Part shown: positions 53,438-56,795 of the stretch, piece after piece
How the letters are laid out: each line of letters starts with the position of its first letter
How positions within the stretch are numbered: the first letter of the stretch is position 1
Assembly: GCA_964445135.1 (NCBI GenBank)
Contig: CAYUJW010000002.1
Location: forward strand, 1-56,795
Length of the DNA stretch: 56,795 nucleotides
Direction: 5' to 3'
Origin: an uncultured Gammaproteobacteria bacterium
Lineage (GTDB): Bacteria > Patescibacteriota > Microgenomatia > UBA1406 > GWC2-37-13
Position numbers and translations under genes: made by a program
Notes under the pieces: model-generated
The model's database searches: none
Seen by the model: the letters and a program-made list of their open reading frames with translations, nothing else
Told to the model about the DNA's origin: nothing

Positions 53438-54451
53438 TTATTCCCAGCCCTTTGGGTGTGCGCGATAAAATGCGGCTAGTGCTTGAATGCTTTGTTCTAT
53501 GGTATGTGTGGCTTTCCAGCCAAGTTCATCTCGGGCGCGGTCGGCATTTGCATATATTTGAGGAATCTCACCGGTGCGCCTTGATTGGGCAGGGCTTGTT
53601 GGAAAGTCTGCGCCAAGCACTTTTTTAACCATGTTCACGATCTCCAGTACGCTTACTCCCTGTCCACTTCCCAGGTTAAACACATTTGATTTGTCGCTCT
53701 CCTCAAGATGTTTAAATGCGGCAACGTGTCCGCGCGCGAGGTCCACGACATTTATGAAGTCGCGTACTGGACTGCCATCTGGGGTATCAACCGGTTGATA
53801 GTTAAACTCAAAGGGACGAATCCCCAAAGCACCTTTTACGGCGTTTTGCATCAGTCCAAACGTCTCAATCTTTGCATCCCCCAATGTGCCATCATCGCTT
53901 GCGCCACATACATTAAAGTAGCGCAAAGACATATATTTCATTTTGTCTAATCGGTCATACCACATGAGCAGCTCCTCACACATTTTCTTTGTCTGTCCAT
54001 AGGCGCTTGAGACTTCCTTCAGTGGTTCTGATTCAGAGACCGGCAGCGACTTGATGTCGCCATATACGGTGCAACTACTGGAGAAAATGAATCGCTTTAT
54101 CTTGTGATCGATTGCGCTGTGGAGGAGTTTTTGAGTACCAATCACATTGTTGGAAAAGTATTTTTCCGGAACAAGCATACTTTCGCCAACATCAAGCAGT
54201 GCGGCAAAGTGCAAAATACCTTCAATCTGAGGCTCTTTTTCCATCACGTCTGCTGCCCCATCATGTGTGAGATCGCATGTGTAGATGGGAAGATTATCTG
54301 CCCCATATTTGGATTGCAATAGTTCAAGCGGTTGTTTGAATCCTTGCGAAAAGTTGTCAACCGCCACGACACGATATCCGGCCGCAAGCAACACATCAAC
54401 AGTGTTGCTACCGATGTATCCACCAGCCCCAGTCACCATAAGAGTTTGCAT
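53438..54451 (-). CDS. galE: UDP-glucose 4-epimerase
   Basis: VTGAGGYIGSNTVDVLL (GxxGxxG), SSSCTVYG, YGQTK (YxxxK), and a length of 337 aa. Confidence 0.9.
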   Translation of the reverse strand: MQTLMVTGAGGYIGSNTVDVLLAAGYRVVAVDNFSQGFKQPLELLQSKYGADNLPIYTCDLTHDGAADVMEKEPQIEGILHFAALLDVGESMLVPEKYFSNNVIGTQKLLHSAIDHKIKRFIFSSSCTVYGDIKSLPVSESEPLKEVSSAYGQTKKMCEELLMWYDRLDKMKYMSLRYFNVCGASDDGTLGDAKIETFGLMQNAVKGALGIRPFEFNYQPVDTPDGSPVRDFINVVDLARGHVAAFKHLEESDKSNVFNLGSGQGVSVLEIVNMVKKVLGADFPTSPAQSRRTGEIPQIYANADRARDELGWKATHTIEQSIQALAAFYRAHPKGWE

Positions 54452-54548
54452 ATAAATCCCATTGTACCCTATTTTATTTTTCGCTCAAAGCAAGAAGTTG
54501 TTGCTATGTACGCAATTTGCGCAAACGTACGATATACTACTTTCGATC

Positions 54549-55502
54549 ATGAAAGAGAGAGCTCCTCACCTGGACCGACCGTACAATAAAATGCGACGTA
54601 TATATGGCCTGCTCGCAACTTCTTTGCTCCTCACTTCCCAGACCCAAGCGGCCGCCTCAACTGACAATCAGTTGCCTGCTGCGCACAATTTCCCCACTGT
54701 CGCCGAGCACAATTGGATATATGCCCAACAAGCACAATTGCAAGCCAGCCACTCCTCATCTTCTCCAAGCGACAATCGTTTGCAGGCAGTAATTGTCGGG
54801 CAAGACGAAGCTGATATGTACAGTAGCCAGCTTGTCCAGCTGTCAACTGGGCCGTCGTGGGATGGTTTGGTTGAGGAAGCATGTGGCTCATCAAGCAACG
54901 CCGTTTCAGTCTGCGATGTGCAGCTGACAGAGATGTCCGGCCAGCATGAAAAATCAGACACTATTGAGCAAACGGTCGTTGAATCACCAAGTCACGATCG
55001 CACACTTGCGCCTGATCAAAAGTGGAAGGTTGCACTTGATTTGGCGCGTGCCGCCTGCCCAAGTGGCACGTTGTTCGTTGGTGATTTTGAGGTTCGGGCA
55101 CAATATGGAGAGGATACTGATCGCCGATTGGGATATACCGATGTGTCGACTCGAGAAATAGTTATAGATGTGCGACCTGCTCAGCGAGCCGTTGACGTTG
55201 CAATTACCTATTTGCATGAGGCAAACCATGAACAAGATGTGGTGGGGCGCATTGATCGCGCGAGGTGGATACGGACTTTGGGACTTGCGGAGGATGTGGA
55301 GTGGTATATACCAGGTGGTCAGATCATGTCGCCTGCAGAGTCGCTTGCTGTGTTGACCTCCGTGGCGCTTATTGGAAAGCCGACATTTGAGGATTCATTG
55401 CAAAATAGCGGGTATGCACCGAGCCCGGCAGTTGTGGAGCTTGTGGCGCATGCCACCCCCCAGCAGTTGCAAACTGTTCGTGCGCTCTCCGGATGTGTGT
55501 AA
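54549..55502 (+). CDS. secreted hypothetical protein with an HExxH motif (possible zinc metallopeptidase)
   Basis: Signal-like MRRIYGLLATSLLLTSQTQAAAS and ITYLHEANHEQD (HExxH). The start is uncertain (54549 or 54591). Confidence 0.45.
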   Translation: MKERAPHLDRPYNKMRRIYGLLATSLLLTSQTQAAASTDNQLPAAHNFPTVAEHNWIYAQQAQLQASHSSSSPSDNRLQAVIVGQDEADMYSSQLVQLSTGPSWDGLVEEACGSSSNAVSVCDVQLTEMSGQHEKSDTIEQTVVESPSHDRTLAPDQKWKVALDLARAACPSGTLFVGDFEVRAQYGEDTDRRLGYTDVSTREIVIDVRPAQRAVDVAITYLHEANHEQDVVGRIDRARWIRTLGLAEDVEWYIPGGQIMSPAESLAVLTSVALIGKPTFEDSLQNSGYAPSPAVVELVAHATPQQLQTVRALSGCV

Positions 55503-55607
55503 ATCGCGCACTCTCCACCTGATACATAACTAGCATTTATGCAGCGCATCGACCTTCATATTTGTCCCGTTTTTCAAATGAACCACTATACTGTACAATA
55601 GACCATT

Positions 55608-56363
55608 ATGAACGAAACAGTTGCCGCCATCATCTTGTCGGGGGGCCGTGGAACACGGCTAAACTCGACAGAAGTGAATAAAGTCACACTTCCCTTTCAA
55701 GGAAAGCCCATCATCTCTTATGGTGTTGAGCTGATGAGTCAGCTTGCTTCGCAGGTCGTGATTGTGGTTGGTGCGTTTGAAGAAAGTGTGCGCACGACGG
55801 TTGCCAATCCGGATATCATTTTTGCAAAGCAGCCCGAACAGCTCGGCACCGGTCATGCTGCCCAAATTGGTTTTCAGGCACTTTCTGAGAATCCTCCCTC
55901 CCTTGTGCTTGTGGGGTATGGTGACCACCTTATGTTCTATCAGCCAGAGCGTATACGAACACTTATTGAAAAACACCTGTCCCAGCACGCAGCAATCTCA
56001 TTTGTGACCACCATTCACCAAAATCCTGATGAGCTCGCGTGGGGTCGAGTTGAGCGAGATGCGCAAGGGCGCGTGCTCGACATTATTGAACATAAGGATG
56101 CGACTGAGCTGCAGCGAAAAATCACCGAGCTGAATGCGGGTTTTTATTGTTTTTCGTATGATTTTCTCAAAGAATATATTGGGCAAATTCAGCAATCAAC
56201 CGTGACGGGAGAATATTATTTGACTGATTTGATCAAAATTGCCAGTGTTCATGAGCTCACCATCCTCGCGGTCCCCTTTCCTTTTGAAGAAGTTGGCATT
56301 GGTATAAATAGTCAACATGAGCTTGATGAAAGTCAGCATCTTTATGCCGCTTCACATGACTAG
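55608..56363 (+). CDS. sugar-1-phosphate nucleotidylyltransferase, GlmU N-terminal-domain-like (no acetyltransferase domain)
   Basis: AAIILSGGRGTRL (GxGTR), QLGTGHAAQIG, LVGYGDHLMF, TELNAGFYCF. Confidence 0.8.
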   Translation: MNETVAAIILSGGRGTRLNSTEVNKVTLPFQGKPIISYGVELMSQLASQVVIVVGAFEESVRTTVANPDIIFAKQPEQLGTGHAAQIGFQALSENPPSLVLVGYGDHLMFYQPERIRTLIEKHLSQHAAISFVTTIHQNPDELAWGRVERDAQGRVLDIIEHKDATELQRKITELNAGFYCFSYDFLKEYIGQIQQSTVTGEYYLTDLIKIASVHELTILAVPFPFEEVGIGINSQHELDESQHLYAASHD

Positions 56364-56448
56364 TTGAGGTCATTTGCGCTTGTGCATATGTTGCAGTTGA
56401 AATATGGTTTTCATTTCCTTATAGTGAGTGATAGTCACCTTTGAACAT

Positions 56449-56795
56449 ATGAATATCCAGCCCACTGTAACCGCAACCGCAATCCCCCCAATGCAGCCTA
56501 AAAAAAAGCGCACGTGGAGTATTCTGGGCGCGCTTGCCGTGGTTGGGCTCGTTTTTGGAATCGGAGCCGGAGTATTTGTTGCGTCAAAGCCAACACGCCT
56601 TGCGTCTCAAGCGGCAACTCCTGCCGGAACGGTGATGACGTTTAATTTTAATACTCCAGTATTTAACAATAAGAACAAAAAAACACTCCTCAAGTCGCAG
56701 GCAGTACCTGCACAGTACATCGGCAAGTCATGTAGCATAACGGTCGTTTCGCGAAACAATGAGAGCGTACATAATGACAATAACCTCATTTTTGA
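56449..56795 (+). CDS. N-terminally TM-anchored hypothetical protein; the 3' end runs off the right edge
   Basis: Not in the track because it has no stop. Hand translation from the ATG at 56449: MNIQPTVTATAIPPMQPKKKRTWSILGALAVVGLVFGIGAGVFVASKP..., open to the end of the window. Confidence 0.5.
   Translation, partial: MNIQPTVTATAIPPMQPKKKRTWSILGALAVVGLVFGIGAGVFVASKPTRLASQAATPAGTVMTFNFNTPVFNNKNKKTLLKSQAVPAQYIGKSCSITVVSRNNESVHNDNNLIF

Overview
56.8-kb chromosomal fragment, densely coding: about 56 CDS and 2 tRNAs, with no rRNA, CRISPR array or transposase. Two CDS run off the window edges and are missing from the supplied ORF track. The gene content includes a MurF with a membrane N-terminus, an LPXTG surface protein, DUF2079 and many envelope/glycan genes, but few biosynthetic genes. 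Together with very frequent leaderless-type promoters, this suggests a small-genome bacterium with a Gram-positive-type envelope, possibly a Patescibacteria/Saccharibacteria-like episymbiont (inference only). Layout: 1-8.6 kb envelope and housekeeping genes (murF, alpha/beta hydrolase, DsbA-like, LysM, ZIP, HhH-GPD glycosylase, tRNA-Ser, GNAT). 9-16 kb holds a secreted Rpf-like muralytic protein, a 1414-aa LysM-bearing giant protein and a small lipoprotein. 16.7-19.0 kb is a high-GC island with three tandem paralogues of an unknown membrane protein family. 19.0-20.3 kb is a repeat-rich spacer next to GIY-YIG and EVE genes. 21.9-29.7 kb holds two convergent operons for an amino-sugar or aminocyclitol-type tailoring pathway. 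30.2-30.8 kb has a 37-bp tandem array and a four-helix-bundle gene. 31.2-32.6 kb is a second high-GC island with an LPXTG protein. 32.6-34.1 kb appears non-coding. 35.1-37.6 kb has two fatty-acid desaturases. 37.6-40.4 kb has two tandem sigma-70 paralogues. 40.4-56.8 kb has a serine hydrolase, rhomboid, Na+/H+ antiporter, tRNA-Leu, XerC/D-type recombinase and an envelope-glycan neighbourhood (DUF2079, EamA, GT2, glycoside hydrolase with dockerin-like repeats, galE, GlmU-like). All family calls come from motif recognition by eye; no searches were run. The candidates I rate most interesting are the triplicated high-GC membrane-protein island with its shared palindromic operator, the aminoglycoside-like tailoring cluster, and the Rpf-like/giant-protein locus.
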